Shown here: positions 9,363 to 20,583 of the stretch, in pieces
Position numbering within the stretch: the first letter of the stretch is position 1
Layout: each line of letters begins with the position of its first letter
DNA from: Pirellula staleyi DSM 6068
GTDB taxonomy: Bacteria; Planctomycetota; Planctomycetia; Pirellulales; Pirellulaceae
Assembly: GCA_000025185.1 (NCBI GenBank)
Contig: CP001848.1
Location: 3,540,001-3,572,000, forward strand
Reading direction: 5' to 3'
Length of the DNA: 32,000 bases
The notes under the pieces: model-generated
Seen by the model: the letters and a program-made list of their open reading frames with translations, nothing else
Told to the model about the DNA's origin: nothing
Databases searched by the model: none
Position numbers and translations under genes: made by a program

Positions 9363-10355
9363 TTAATAGCGGATGATGTAGTCGAGCGTCAGGCGGTTCT
9401 GCAGCACGCCGCGCTCGTCGGTCAGGGGGACTTCGAAAGCGACACCGATCTCGCGCAGATCGGAGGGGCGATATTTCAGCCCGAGTGCCCCGGTCACAAT
9501 GTCGGTGCCAGCCACGCCGGTCGAGCCAAAGTTAAACAGGTCGGTCCCTTGGATACCATCGAAAGCGGCGTTTCCGCCATCCTTCATCCAGTGGTACCAG
9601 TTTCCTTCAGCAAAGGCATAGAACCGCGAGTTGCCGATCGGCTGATCGACGTGAGCCGACCAGTAGAAGATCTGGTTTTCGTCGACCGTGTCGGTGGGGA
9701 GGCGAAAGCCGGCGGTCGTGATCAAGTGATTGCAGTTGCCGAACTCGGCACCGTAGGAAGCAAACAGGTTGAATTCGCCCGAGCCGTTTCCTTGCAGCGC
9801 TTGGGGGCTGCCGATCGGCAGTTCGAACGTCACACCGGCGCTCAGAATCCGCTGGCACTCCACATCTTTCCAAAGGTTGTATTTCAGACCGAGCGCGACA
9901 TCGGCCCAACCGTCGTCGAGCGGGGCGATACCGGTCGGGAAGATATAGCCATCTTTGGTGGCGATCAGCGACAGGTCTTCCGTCAGCGCGGCTCGCAGCT
10001 GCACCGCCAGCACTTGCAACTTGCTCGCCGGGATTGCTCCGCCAGCGAGATCAGGAATTTGGTGATCGATGAAGATGAAGCGGGCCTCGGTGAGGGTCCG
10101 CGGGTCCTCGAAAAAGACCGGGTTGGTCATCGGGCTAATGAAGTTGGCCCAGCGCGTGTCGGTGGGAGCGATGAACCCGAGCAGCAGATCTTTCGAACAG
10201 CAGTCGCAACATTCGTCGCACGCCGGGGGGGCATAGGCAGGAGCAGGGCTCTCCTCTACGGCCGGGTTATAAACCCATTCTTCGGCCATCGCGGAACTAC
10301 TGAGTAAAAGAGCGAGCAAACTTCCTGCGAGCGAAAACTTCCAACGCTTAGTCAT
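9363..10355 (-). CDS. Secreted protein, putative outer-membrane beta-barrel
   Basis: Signal peptide MTKRWKFSLAGSLLALLLSSSAMA. Cys cluster CDECCDCC near the mature N-terminus. Alternating beta-strand-like pattern with a C-terminal aromatic residue (..LTLDYIIRY), typical of OMP barrels. Confidence 0.6.
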   Translation of the reverse strand: MTKRWKFSLAGSLLALLLSSSAMAEEWVYNPAVEESPAPAYAPPACDECCDCCSKDLLLGFIAPTDTRWANFISPMTNPVFFEDPRTLTEARFIFIDHQIPDLAGGAIPASKLQVLAVQLRAALTEDLSLIATKDGYIFPTGIAPLDDGWADVALGLKYNLWKDVECQRILSAGVTFELPIGSPQALQGNGSGEFNLFASYGAEFGNCNHLITTAGFRLPTDTVDENQIFYWSAHVDQPIGNSRFYAFAEGNWYHWMKDGGNAAFDGIQGTDLFNFGSTGVAGTDIVTGALGLKYRPSDLREIGVAFEVPLTDERGVLQNRLTLDYIIRY

Positions 10356-10771
10356 GGGTGAATCCTTCCATCCGATTGCCTGACCTGTATCCCTACGCGC
10401 AAAAAATCTGGCTACAGCAGGCCAGTTGGTGGGCGTATCGACGGTGCTCGATGTGTGCGATGAATCAAATAGCCGCGCGCCGCTAAAGTCCCTTCAATGC
10501 ATGCGGAAGGAACCTTAATCCCCGATGAACTGAGCGGTTTCGCGCACGAAAACCCCTCGCGAGAACTGATCGCACATCGAGACAAAATGACGCATATCGG
10601 CAATGGAAGATCGCCCCAGTCCGCTGCTGATCACCAAGCATCGCCGCGCGACTGTCGGCTGTAACGACCTGCGTCTGGCTGCTGCATCCGCAGCGCATCA
10701 CCTTGGCGGGAATCTTTATCGAGCAACCTTTCTTTATGCCCACCCAAGAGGGCGCGATAAGCGTGTGTACC

Positions 10772-10811
10772 TACAAAAAAAGAGCTTCCCGGCGGCAGGG
10801 CCGGGAAGCTC
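10772..10811 (-). terminator. Intrinsic terminator of katG
   Basis: 12-bp perfect stem (gagcttcccggc / gccgggaagctc, 10782-10811) followed on the minus strand by TTTTTTT (10775-10781). It lies about 70 nt after the katG stop. Confidence 0.75.
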
Positions 10812-10879
10812 CAAGTGTGTCAGCAACTCAAAGATCGCCGACGACTATCCTTCAAAAAGAATCAGCACCAAGCAGCTTG

Positions 10880-13432
<2,553 letters not shown>

Positions 13433-13449
13433 TCATGCAGTATTGTAGC

Positions 13450-13512
13450 CTGCCGTCGATATATCCAATGCATTTTGCTAATATGTGCTATGCATACAAT
13501 GCATCGATACTT
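13450..13512. promoter_or_regulatory. Candidate OxyR operator / divergent katG-oxyR promoter region
   Basis: AT-rich stretch in an otherwise GC-rich intergenic region, with three ATGCAT palindromes (ccaATGCATttt, ctATGCATac, caATGCATcga) and flanking tcgat/atcga arms. Divergent LysR-target gene geometry. Confidence 0.35.
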
Positions 13513-13523
13513 GTGAGGGATTT

Positions 13524-14390
13524 ATGGAACTGGATCAGTTGCGCTACTTCCTGAAGGTCGCCCAGCGGGGCAATTTCACCCGCGCCGCCGAAGAGCTGAT
13601 GATTTCGCAGCCCGCCCTCAGCCGATCGATTCAGAAGCTGGAAGAAGAACTCGGACAGCCTGTGTTTGAGCGAAAAACCCGTTCGGTGCTACTCACCGAC
13701 GCCGGAACGCTGCTGCAAGCCCGTTCGCAACAAGTCCTCACCATCCTGGAGGACACCAAGTCGGAAATCACCGACGACGGACAATGTGGGCGGGTGCGGG
13801 TAGGCGCCATCCCCACCATTGCTCCCTATTTTCTACCCGAAGTTTTGCAGCGTTTCTCTGCTAAGTTTCCCAAAGCGAACCTCATCGTTCAAGAGAATAC
13901 GACCGACGTTCTCATCAAAAGCTGCCGCCAAGGAGAGATCGATTTGGCGATCTTGGTCCTTCCTGTTCCGGCCAAGTACCTCGAAGTCGAAGAGCTGTTT
14001 GAAGAAGAGCTGCTGCTCGTTCTCCCCCCGCATCACGCGCTGGTGGAGAAAGACAAAATCCGTGTTGCCGATGTCGAGCCGTTTCCCTTCGTGCTGCTCG
14101 ACGAAGCGCATTGCCTGTCGGACAACATCGTCTCGTTCTGCCGTCAGCGATCGTTTCAGCCGGTGGTGGTCGAACGCACGAGCCAACTCACCATGGTGCA
14201 AGAGCTTGTTTCCCTCGCGCACGGCATCTCGCTCATCCCCGCGATGGCCCGGCAATGCGACCAAAGCCAGCGTCGCGTCTATCGTTCGTTCACCGGACGC
14301 AAACCGACGCGCACCGTCGCCGTCGCCTGGAACCCCTACCGTTTCCAAAGTCGGCTGCTCGTCGCTTTTCGCGAATGCCTGCGCCGCTGA
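13524..14390 (+). CDS. oxyR: LysR-family redox regulator OxyR
   Basis: From the ATG at 13524: [44 protein letters not shown] (LysR HTH). The redox Cys pair has E. coli OxyR C199/C208 spacing ([11 protein letters not shown]). The gene is divergent from katG. Confidence 0.85.
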   Translation: MELDQLRYFLKVAQRGNFTRAAEELMISQPALSRSIQKLEEELGQPVFERKTRSVLLTDAGTLLQARSQQVLTILEDTKSEITDDGQCGRVRVGAIPTIAPYFLPEVLQRFSAKFPKANLIVQENTTDVLIKSCRQGEIDLAILVLPVPAKYLEVEELFEEELLLVLPPHHALVEKDKIRVADVEPFPFVLLDEAHCLSDNIVSFCRQRSFQPVVVERTSQLTMVQELVSLAHGISLIPAMARQCDQSQRRVYRSFTGRKPTRTVAVAWNPYRFQSRLLVAFRECLRR

Positions 14391-14518
14391 GCCCCGGTTT
14401 CTCTCAAAAATCTCGCGTCGCTGTCGATCTCGGCCACAGCCGTTCGACTACCGCATGACACGCTGCACGGGGCAGCTTCGCACACCTTCCGCGAATCGCA
14501 CTTCACCGAGGAATCGCC

Positions 14519-14905
14519 ATGAAATTCGTCTGTTTAGGTTTTATCGACGAGAACAAGTTCGCCGCGCTGCCACAGCCAGAGATCGAGCGTCTGATGCAGG
14601 AATGCTTGGCCTACGACAAAGAACTCAGCCGCGGCGGACATTTCATCGGTGGCGAAGCCCTCGACTCGGCTCGTAAAGCGGTGACCCTCCGGATCAAAAA
14701 CGGCGCTGTCGACGTCACCGATGGCCCCTTCATCGAAACCAAAGAAACGCTCGGCGGCATTCTGCTGCTGGAAGCCCGCGACCTCGAGCACGCTATCGCC
14801 CTGATGTCGAAGCACCCCGGGGTCCGCATCGGTCCGTTCGAAATCCGTCCCGCCAACGAAGCGGTCAACTGCCTCATCGCCGAGCGTATGAACGCCCCAG
14901 AGTAG
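14519..14905 (+). CDS. YciI-like (DGPF-motif) family protein
   Basis: 128 aa. [34 protein letters not shown] matches the YCII-related/DGPFAETKE signature. Confidence 0.8.
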   Translation: MKFVCLGFIDENKFAALPQPEIERLMQECLAYDKELSRGGHFIGGEALDSARKAVTLRIKNGAVDVTDGPFIETKETLGGILLLEARDLEHAIALMSKHPGVRIGPFEIRPANEAVNCLIAERMNAPE

Positions 14906-14998
14906 TTCTCCCCGCGATCGATCCCTGGCCATTCGCACCGCTGCTCCCCCGCGCGAACTTCACCCGCCGCCGGCTGTCCTCTCTTCTGCATCGCCAAA

Positions 14999-15031
14999 AC
15001 CGGAGAGTCTTCCTAAAAAAGAGTCTCCGGT
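14999..15031. other. Imperfect 13-bp stem-loop downstream of the YciI-like gene
   Basis: accggagagtctt / aagagtctccggt with one central mismatch and a 7-nt loop. There is no clear U-tract, so a terminator role is uncertain. Confidence 0.3.
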
Positions 15032-15250
15032 AGCAGCAAGTCGCTCGAAGTAGCCAAACGACTAGCCAGGCAATTCTTCGACAGCAGCGCGACACGAGTG
15101 TGGCGCGACTTCGAAGGGGCGTGACACGAGTGTGCCGCGATTTTTGATAGCAGCGCGACGTAAGAACGATAAATCTCAGAAAACGGAGGCGGGGTTTTGC
15201 GAAGATCATCCGCCGCTTAAAATACCTTTCTAAGCTCTACAAGCTAAGCC

Positions 15251-15337
15251 GGATGGGTGGCCGAGTGGTTTAAGGCAGCAGTCTTGAAAACTGCCGTAGT
15301 CGAAAGGCTACCGGGGGTTCGAATCCCTCCCCATCCG
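15251..15337 (+). tRNA. tRNA-Ser (anticodon UGA), class II with long variable arm
   Basis: Acceptor GGATGGG/CCCATCC plus discriminator G. D-arm GCC-GAGTGGTTTAA-GGC. Anticodon stem GCAGT/ACTGC with loop CTTGAAA. Variable arm CGTAGTCGAAAGGCTACCG. T-arm GGGGG-TTCGAAT-CCCTC. Confidence 0.9.
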
Positions 15338-16604
15338 CTGGGTATGTCGCACCAATTAGCAGGGTGTCGTTTTCCCTAGGAATATCGCACTTTTCATTTT
15401 TGCGGTGCGATTCGGTGCTAGTGTACACGGTAGTGTACTGCTTCGGATTCTGCTTCGCCTTTTCGGGGCTGGTTTCGGGCTCGTTGGTAGCCTTGGCGAA
15501 GTGGTCTTCGGTTGTCTGAAAGTAGTGTTTGCGGGCGACTTCTTCGCTGTTTCCCAGCCACTCGCAAACCACATGCGAGGGGAATTGCTCGGCTAGTTCT
15601 GTCTGGCGTGAGCTTCGCAAGTTGTGGAACAGGCGCGGCCAAGGTTTCAGGCCAGCGCGTTTGACGATCTTCTCGAAGGTTGTCCGCAAATTGCAATTGC
15701 GCCAGCCGGTTTCGATCTTCTGCCGCGATACGAGCTTGTCATCAATAACGTGCACGGCTCCTTCGGGAGCCAGGGCGAAGGATGTCTCGAGGTGCTCGAG
15801 CAGTTCGGGGAATAGCGGGATCGTGCGCGATTCCTTGCCGACGTGGTGCTCGGTCTTTGGCGAGCGGACGTTGATTCGTTTGGCGGACCAATCGACATCT
15901 TGCCAGCGGAGCGAGAGAACTTCACTAGGGCACCGCAGGCCACCGAAACGCGCTAGGGCGACAATCAACCGCCAATGATGGTCGGGGCAGGCCTCGAGCA
16001 GTTTGGCGGCATCCTGAGGCGTGATGAAGTGGCTACGGTCGGGCATCGAGGCTTGAATCGAAACGTCGGCAAAAGGGCTTTCCAGAATCAGCCGACGGCG
16101 CACCGCGGCGCGGAATACCATCGTCGCAAACTGCAATCGCTTCCGAACGGTCATCGGCGCGAGCTTCGTCCCCAGCAGGAACAGCTTGTAGTTGTCGGCA
16201 TCCCCAGCGGAAATATCGCGCAGCTGTTTCGACTCGCCAAAGTATTCGAGCAAGCTTCGCTCCCCCTGCTTCCAAATTACTTTGGTCGCTGGTTTGACGT
16301 CGGTTCGACCGGCGACGTACTCGGCAATGAATGGGCCAAGGTTCGATGCCGCGCGGCTGGGGCAAAGTCCTACCGCTGCCACCTTATTCTGTAGCGTGGC
16401 GTCGATGCTCGAGAGCCATGCCGACAAATCGCGGTCGTGAGCGTTGCCGGTCATCTTGGCCGATAGCAACTGCTCGACTCGCGCACAAACCGTTTCGGCG
16501 GTTTTCTGTGTTGCCTTGCCAAGTCGGATCGTTTGCCGCTTCTCGCTATCGTCGACAAATTGAATCCACCGATGCCCATCAGGGCGTTTGACGATGCTTG
16601 CCAT
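15270..16604 (-). CDS. Tyrosine-type site-specific integrase
   Basis: 444 aa. N-terminal SAM-like/arm region. Catalytic-domain motifs are RFGGLRCPSEVLSLRWQDVDW (Arg), HNLRSSRQTEL (H-x-x-R) and VARKHYFQ (Tyr). The 3' tail of the ORF crosses attL and overlaps the tRNA on the opposite strand. Confidence 0.9.
   Translation of the reverse strand: MASIVKRPDGHRWIQFVDDSEKRQTIRLGKATQKTAETVCARVEQLLSAKMTGNAHDRDLSAWLSSIDATLQNKVAAVGLCPSRAASNLGPFIAEYVAGRTDVKPATKVIWKQGERSLLEYFGESKQLRDISAGDADNYKLFLLGTKLAPMTVRKRLQFATMVFRAAVRRRLILESPFADVSIQASMPDRSHFITPQDAAKLLEACPDHHWRLIVALARFGGLRCPSEVLSLRWQDVDWSAKRINVRSPKTEHHVGKESRTIPLFPELLEHLETSFALAPEGAVHVIDDKLVSRQKIETGWRNCNLRTTFEKIVKRAGLKPWPRLFHNLRSSRQTELAEQFPSHVVCEWLGNSEEVARKHYFQTTEDHFAKATNEPETSPEKAKQNPKQYTTVYTSTESHRKNEKCDIPRENDTLLIGATYPADGEGFEPPVAFRLRQFSRLLP
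15318..15347 (+). repeat. attL core: 30-nt direct repeat (tRNA-Ser 3' end plus 10 nt)
   Basis: ttcgaatccctccccatccgctgggtatgt is identical to 22850-22879. Confidence 0.85.
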
Positions 16605-16607
16605 AGC

Positions 16608-16835
16608 TTATTTGCTTTCCTGATCGGCTTTGCGACCGAGTGTAATTTTGAGTTCGAGGAACTGCCCGATCGCGTTCAGAGCTTCGGTCGAGAGTCCACG
16701 TTGCCCGTTATAGAACAAAGCGAGCGTTGCTTCGCTGATGCCGGTTTCCTTCGCGATTCGATAGCGGGTAAATCCCGAATCGTCGATCGCTTGGCGAATC
16801 TGATCGGTCACAAGTTTGGTTCGCTTCTTGGCCAT
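16608..16835 (-). CDS. XRE-family helix-turn-helix DNA-binding protein
   Basis: 75 aa. TRYRIAKETGISEATLALFYNGQRGLSTEALNAIGQFL is a classic HTH_3-type motif. Its stop codon ends 3 nt upstream of the integrase start. Confidence 0.7.
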   Translation of the reverse strand: MAKKRTKLVTDQIRQAIDDSGFTRYRIAKETGISEATLALFYNGQRGLSTEALNAIGQFLELKITLGRKADQESK

Positions 16836-16906
16836 AGCCTGCTAGCCTACTAGTTACTTTGCGCTGTGTAAAGCTGTTTGCTGGTGGTGATTGCCGATAG
16901 CTTGTC

Positions 16907-18892
16907 TCACCCCGCTTCTAGTGCCGGTGGTTCCTCGAGGCTATCCGACATGGCCATCTTGGCAATCTTGGAACTGTTGCCATCGAGATACGCCAGATTT
17001 CCCGCAGTTTCTTCAACATTGCCAAGAGTGCCAAGTTCTGTCGCTTCGGCTGGGCTGGCATTGTTGTCGGGCCATCGCCACCACCAAGGGCCAGGGATTT
17101 CGTGGCGCTCGGAGATAATTCCTAGTTCTCGCTTGGCTCGCCCTAGCGTTCGTTTGCTTCCCGCTTCGCCGTTCTTCCATTCGTCTTCAAGTTCTTTTGC
17201 CAAGCGAGGGCCACTTGCGAGCGCCGACGTCAGCCAATCCACTGCTTCGCTACGTGTTGCCGCTATCGGGCCGGGTTTGCCTCGAGTCGATTGTTTGTAC
17301 TGAAGCGCGAGAGCATCGTCGGCACTCATCGCCACACTATCCGCTTCCCAAACAATTCGCGCAGGTTCGCCGCTGATTGAATAGGCTAGCCCCTCTCCTT
17401 CGTGGGCAAGGTTGTTTTTGCCAGGAAGAAACAGCCGACGTTCCTTGTTGTCGGGATCGCGGGTGATATGCCACACCGCTCGGGCAATGCCGGTGAACGC
17501 GCGGCTACCTAGGGCCAGTTCGTCGGCACTTGTTCCGGCTCCCTTCCGTCGATGGGCAACGATCAAAACAGCTGCGCCAACTTTCTCAGCAAGCTTGAGA
17601 ATAGGAGTGAGCACCGATCGCACTTCGTTGTCTCGGTGGGCGTCGGTCTTCCCACCAAGAAAGCTGCCGATAGGGTCAATCACAATCAGCTTGCAGTCGG
17701 GGTATCTCTCTAGGGCCGATTCGATGGCATCGACATCAGCAAGCGTTATCAGCTTTTCGTACCGCTGCCCCTCACCATCAACGCGGCGAACCGCAGCAAG
17801 CAGTTGCACCTTTCGTGCGTCGGCTCCATGAGCATCGAGTCGGGGGCGAATAGTGTCAGCTGGGTCGTCTTCGGCAGAAATGAGAATCACCGACCCTTGG
17901 GGGCAGGGGCGACCATCGGGCCAAGGGGTGCCGGTAGTAACTCGCGAAGTGGCGTCGATCGTCATGAACGACTTTCCCTCGCCAGGACTGCCGACTAGCA
18001 GTGTGATTCGTCCCATCGGAATACGGCCGGGCCATAGCCAGTCGACTTCGCGGGCTTCAACATCAGCAAGGCAAGTTAGAATCGGGCCGGGCTCGAGTGG
18101 TTGCTCGGACTCGGGAATTGGCGTCGGTTCCCACATGGGGGTTGCTTTCAATAGTTGGGCGAGTTGTTCGAGGGTTCCTCCTGCTGCAATCCAGTCGCTT
18201 ACGTCTCCTTTCAGAGGCAGGCCGGGGAGTTTGACCACTCGAATCGACTTCGCGATTCCTTCAAGGGTATGGGCCACTTGCTGGGCGTGATTGCGGCCGG
18301 GCTCGTCATTGTCGGGGAAGATCACGACATCGCGACCAGCGAGAAACGCGGCGTGCTCGGCGGTCCACTTTCCAGCGCCGCCAGCGTTGCATGTGGCAAG
18401 CATTCCAAGGTCCTTAAGGTTGTCGACGTCTCTCTCCCCTTCTGGAATACCGACGTCCACACCGGGGTTGCCGACGATGTCAGGGAGGCTATAGGGGATC
18501 ACTCGCACACCTTTCACGGACCAATCCCAGCCACCACCCTCGCTCGGCTTTCGCTGCCGAAAGTCTTTAGGCTCGAAGCGCACCACTTGGAAAAGCACCT
18601 TCCCCGTTTCGTCGCGATAGTCGTACTCGGCGACAATCTTGCTACTTGTCTTCGGTCGCTTTTGTGGTCGATCACGCTCGGGCCAAAGGTCGCGCTTTTC
18701 GATGCCCATGGCTTGGCAGATTTCCTCGAGCGAGCACTTGGCGTGGCAGGTGAGAAGCACGTTCCCTTGGTCCCCTACCGCAATCGAAAGGCTGGGGTTT
18801 CGGTCGTTATGCGCGGGGCAACAGGCTTTCCACCTATTGCCTGATTGCCTCACGTTTTCAAGCTTGGCGAGCACTTTATCGATGGGGCTCAT
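16907..18892 (-). CDS. Primase-helicase: CHC2-like zinc finger plus Toprim primase fused to a RecA-like (AAA_25/RepA-type) ATPase
   Basis: From the ATG at 18892: MSPIDKVLAKL. Zinc motif CCPAHNDRNPSLS...LLTCHAKC. Toprim DVVIFPDNDEPGRNHAQ. Walker A LLVGSPGEGKS, Walker B-like LIVIDPIGSFLGG. The ATGA overlap with the upstream Xis-like ORF (18889-18892) supports this start over 19012. Confidence 0.85.
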   Translation of the reverse strand: MSPIDKVLAKLENVRQSGNRWKACCPAHNDRNPSLSIAVGDQGNVLLTCHAKCSLEEICQAMGIEKRDLWPERDRPQKRPKTSSKIVAEYDYRDETGKVLFQVVRFEPKDFRQRKPSEGGGWDWSVKGVRVIPYSLPDIVGNPGVDVGIPEGERDVDNLKDLGMLATCNAGGAGKWTAEHAAFLAGRDVVIFPDNDEPGRNHAQQVAHTLEGIAKSIRVVKLPGLPLKGDVSDWIAAGGTLEQLAQLLKATPMWEPTPIPESEQPLEPGPILTCLADVEAREVDWLWPGRIPMGRITLLVGSPGEGKSFMTIDATSRVTTGTPWPDGRPCPQGSVILISAEDDPADTIRPRLDAHGADARKVQLLAAVRRVDGEGQRYEKLITLADVDAIESALERYPDCKLIVIDPIGSFLGGKTDAHRDNEVRSVLTPILKLAEKVGAAVLIVAHRRKGAGTSADELALGSRAFTGIARAVWHITRDPDNKERRLFLPGKNNLAHEGEGLAYSISGEPARIVWEADSVAMSADDALALQYKQSTRGKPGPIAATRSEAVDWLTSALASGPRLAKELEDEWKNGEAGSKRTLGRAKRELGIISERHEIPGPWWWRWPDNNASPAEATELGTLGNVEETAGNLAYLDGNSSKIAKMAMSDSLEEPPALEAG

Positions 18893-19095
18893 TGGTTGCC
18901 CCCTTGTCGCTGCGAGGCAATCCAGCGTTCGATGTCGACAATCGAATAGCGCACCAATCGACCACACCGCACATACGGCAGGCCGGGCGTTTCTTCGAAG
19001 GTCATCCCCCAAAGTTTGCGAGGCGAAACAGCAAGCATCTTGGCCGCTTCGCGAGGGTCAACTAACAACTGCTTGGTAGGCTGTCGATCGTTCAT
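18889..19095 (-). CDS. Excisionase-family / AlpA-like helix-turn-helix protein
   Basis: 68 aa. LLVDPREAAKMLAVSPRKLWGMT...LPYVRCGRLVRYSIVDIERWI matches the HTH_17/excisionase pattern. Translationally coupled to the primase. Confidence 0.75.
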   Translation of the reverse strand: MNDRQPTKQLLVDPREAAKMLAVSPRKLWGMTFEETPGLPYVRCGRLVRYSIVDIERWIASQRQGGNQ

Positions 19096-19160
19096 CTTCG
19101 TTCCCTTCGTGCATGAGTTACTAGCGAGTGTTTCTCGTCAGCTCCCAAACTAAGGGACGT

Positions 19161-19278
19161 TCCGACAGATCGAATTTGTCGGAGAGAATTGTCGGAAAGA
19201 TTCGCGTCAGAGTGCGAGTATTTGTAGGGGAAAGCAGGGGATAGTTTTTCTCTCCGACAATTGTTTTGCTTGTCGGAG
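19161..19278. promoter_or_regulatory. Iteron/operator array: five TGTCGGA/TCCGACA heptamers upstream of the Xis-primase-HTH-int operon
   Basis: TCCGACA at 19161-19167 and 19253-19259. TGTCGGA at 19177-19183, 19190-19196 and 19271-19277. Two pairs form inverted repeats with 9-nt spacers (19161-19183, and ctccgacaa-N9-ttgtcggag at 19252-19278). Confidence 0.5.
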
Positions 19279-20583
19279 TCACTTGCCAGAAGCACGCTTT
19301 TGTCGCTGGTACACACGATCGAGCAGATTATCGAATTCAGCGATTGACATATCTAATCCGCGAGCGAAATCACCTTTGTAAGTACCCACTTCCTTCGCAT
19401 TCTTCCAGTCGTCTGCAATCCGCTGTTCGTCGTATTCCTCTCGCTCAGTTTTTTGGGGGCCTCGCTTCTTTCGAGTTTGCTTCACTTTGGAAGGTGCTGC
19501 TTCTGGTGGCTTGGTGATTTCTAGCAGCATCCCTAGGAACTCTTTGACGGTTGTATTCTCATCAACCACAGCGCCCCGGATTTTTAGCATTCCACGAATC
19601 ACTTCCCATTCGGGCTGGTGCTTATCCATGCCAGGGGCGAAGACTTCGAGGCGAGCGAGATCGTCGGCACCTATCACCATGGACGGAAGTTCAATCGTCG
19701 GAAACATGCTGGGCGTTACGTTCTTCACCTTCTCACTCTCGCGCGTCATCGGCGCGAACGGCTTTTCGAGCCATCGCACCGGGCGATTGGGGTCGAGAGG
19801 TGCGGCTTCACTCTGCGAGGCCTTGTAGGTGGTTACACGAATCGGCTGAAGTGATTCGCGTGGGTCCGCTTTGGTAGTAAAGCTGGTGAATTCAACCGGC
19901 CTCATCGACTCATCAAACTTGCGGCGCAGGGTGCTCGATGCAAGTCGCAGGTATTGAACTGCCTCGAGCAGATCGTTGAATACGATCGTATCTTCTTCAT
20001 AGACTTCAAAGTGAACTCGCTGGAAATCCGGTGGCATCTCTTCCGGTTCGGGGTAGCTTTCATGGTTGGGGAAAAGCTTCTTTAACTCTTCGTAGTGAAG
20101 GTCAATCAGGAACTGCGGAGCGTAGTGAATCTCGATCGTTTGCTTCTTTCCGACATCGCCGTTGAGAATCTGCGATGCCGTGAAATTGAGCTTCGCAAGT
20201 CGTTTCCATGGTGTGTAGAGCTTCTGCTTGAACTCGTTCGCGTAGTCGACTCCGACGTTCACTTTGAGCCACTCGATGCCCCGCTCTACTTGATATTTGC
20301 GGAAGAGAATATCGAGGTCGAGTGCTTCCAGGGGCAATCGCAGCTTGGCCAGTTGTTGCGATATAGCTTCGAGGCGTTGCCTTTGGTGGTCGGTGAGCTT
20401 CTCGAGTTGTTGCCAAACAGATTCGCGAATCGCTCGCGCTTCGTTGGATAGTTTGCGATGCTTCGCATGATCGGCAGGACGATGATAGTCAGCTGCGATG
20501 GTGCCAAGGTCTTTGGCAAGTGGGTCGAGACAATCGTCGCAAAGGTGCCAGGAATCAGAAGCTTTAGCCATCGTGCTCGACAA
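19279..20583 (-). CDS. Hypothetical protein (434 aa), no recognised domain; basic C-terminal tail
   Basis: Long ORF with normal amino-acid composition, unlike the Arg/Pro-rich spurious frames. It lies within the island, co-oriented with the replication/integration module. I recognise no family. Confidence 0.65.
   Translation of the reverse strand: MSSTMAKASDSWHLCDDCLDPLAKDLGTIAADYHRPADHAKHRKLSNEARAIRESVWQQLEKLTDHQRQRLEAISQQLAKLRLPLEALDLDILFRKYQVERGIEWLKVNVGVDYANEFKQKLYTPWKRLAKLNFTASQILNGDVGKKQTIEIHYAPQFLIDLHYEELKKLFPNHESYPEPEEMPPDFQRVHFEVYEEDTIVFNDLLEAVQYLRLASSTLRRKFDESMRPVEFTSFTTKADPRESLQPIRVTTYKASQSEAAPLDPNRPVRWLEKPFAPMTRESEKVKNVTPSMFPTIELPSMVIGADDLARLEVFAPGMDKHQPEWEVIRGMLKIRGAVVDENTTVKEFLGMLLEITKPPEAAPSKVKQTRKKRGPQKTEREEYDEQRIADDWKNAKEVGTYKGDFARGLDMSIAEFDNLLDRVYQRQKRASGK

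Noticed and set aside
9130-9366. 78-aa ORF with repeated RAGSTGR peptide units
   Set aside because: The peptide repeats merely translate the GGCCGG-N5-CCGGCC hairpin repeats. The ORF lies in an intergenic position with no start context. I treat it as a DNA/RNA-level repeat, not a gene, and not a CRISPR array because units are under 25 nt, irregular, and have no unique spacers.
13819-14676. 285-aa plus-strand ORF, and the 171-aa minus-strand ORF at 13833-14348
   Set aside because: They are out-of-frame or antisense overlaps of oxyR and the YciI-like gene. The composition is Ser/Arg-rich.
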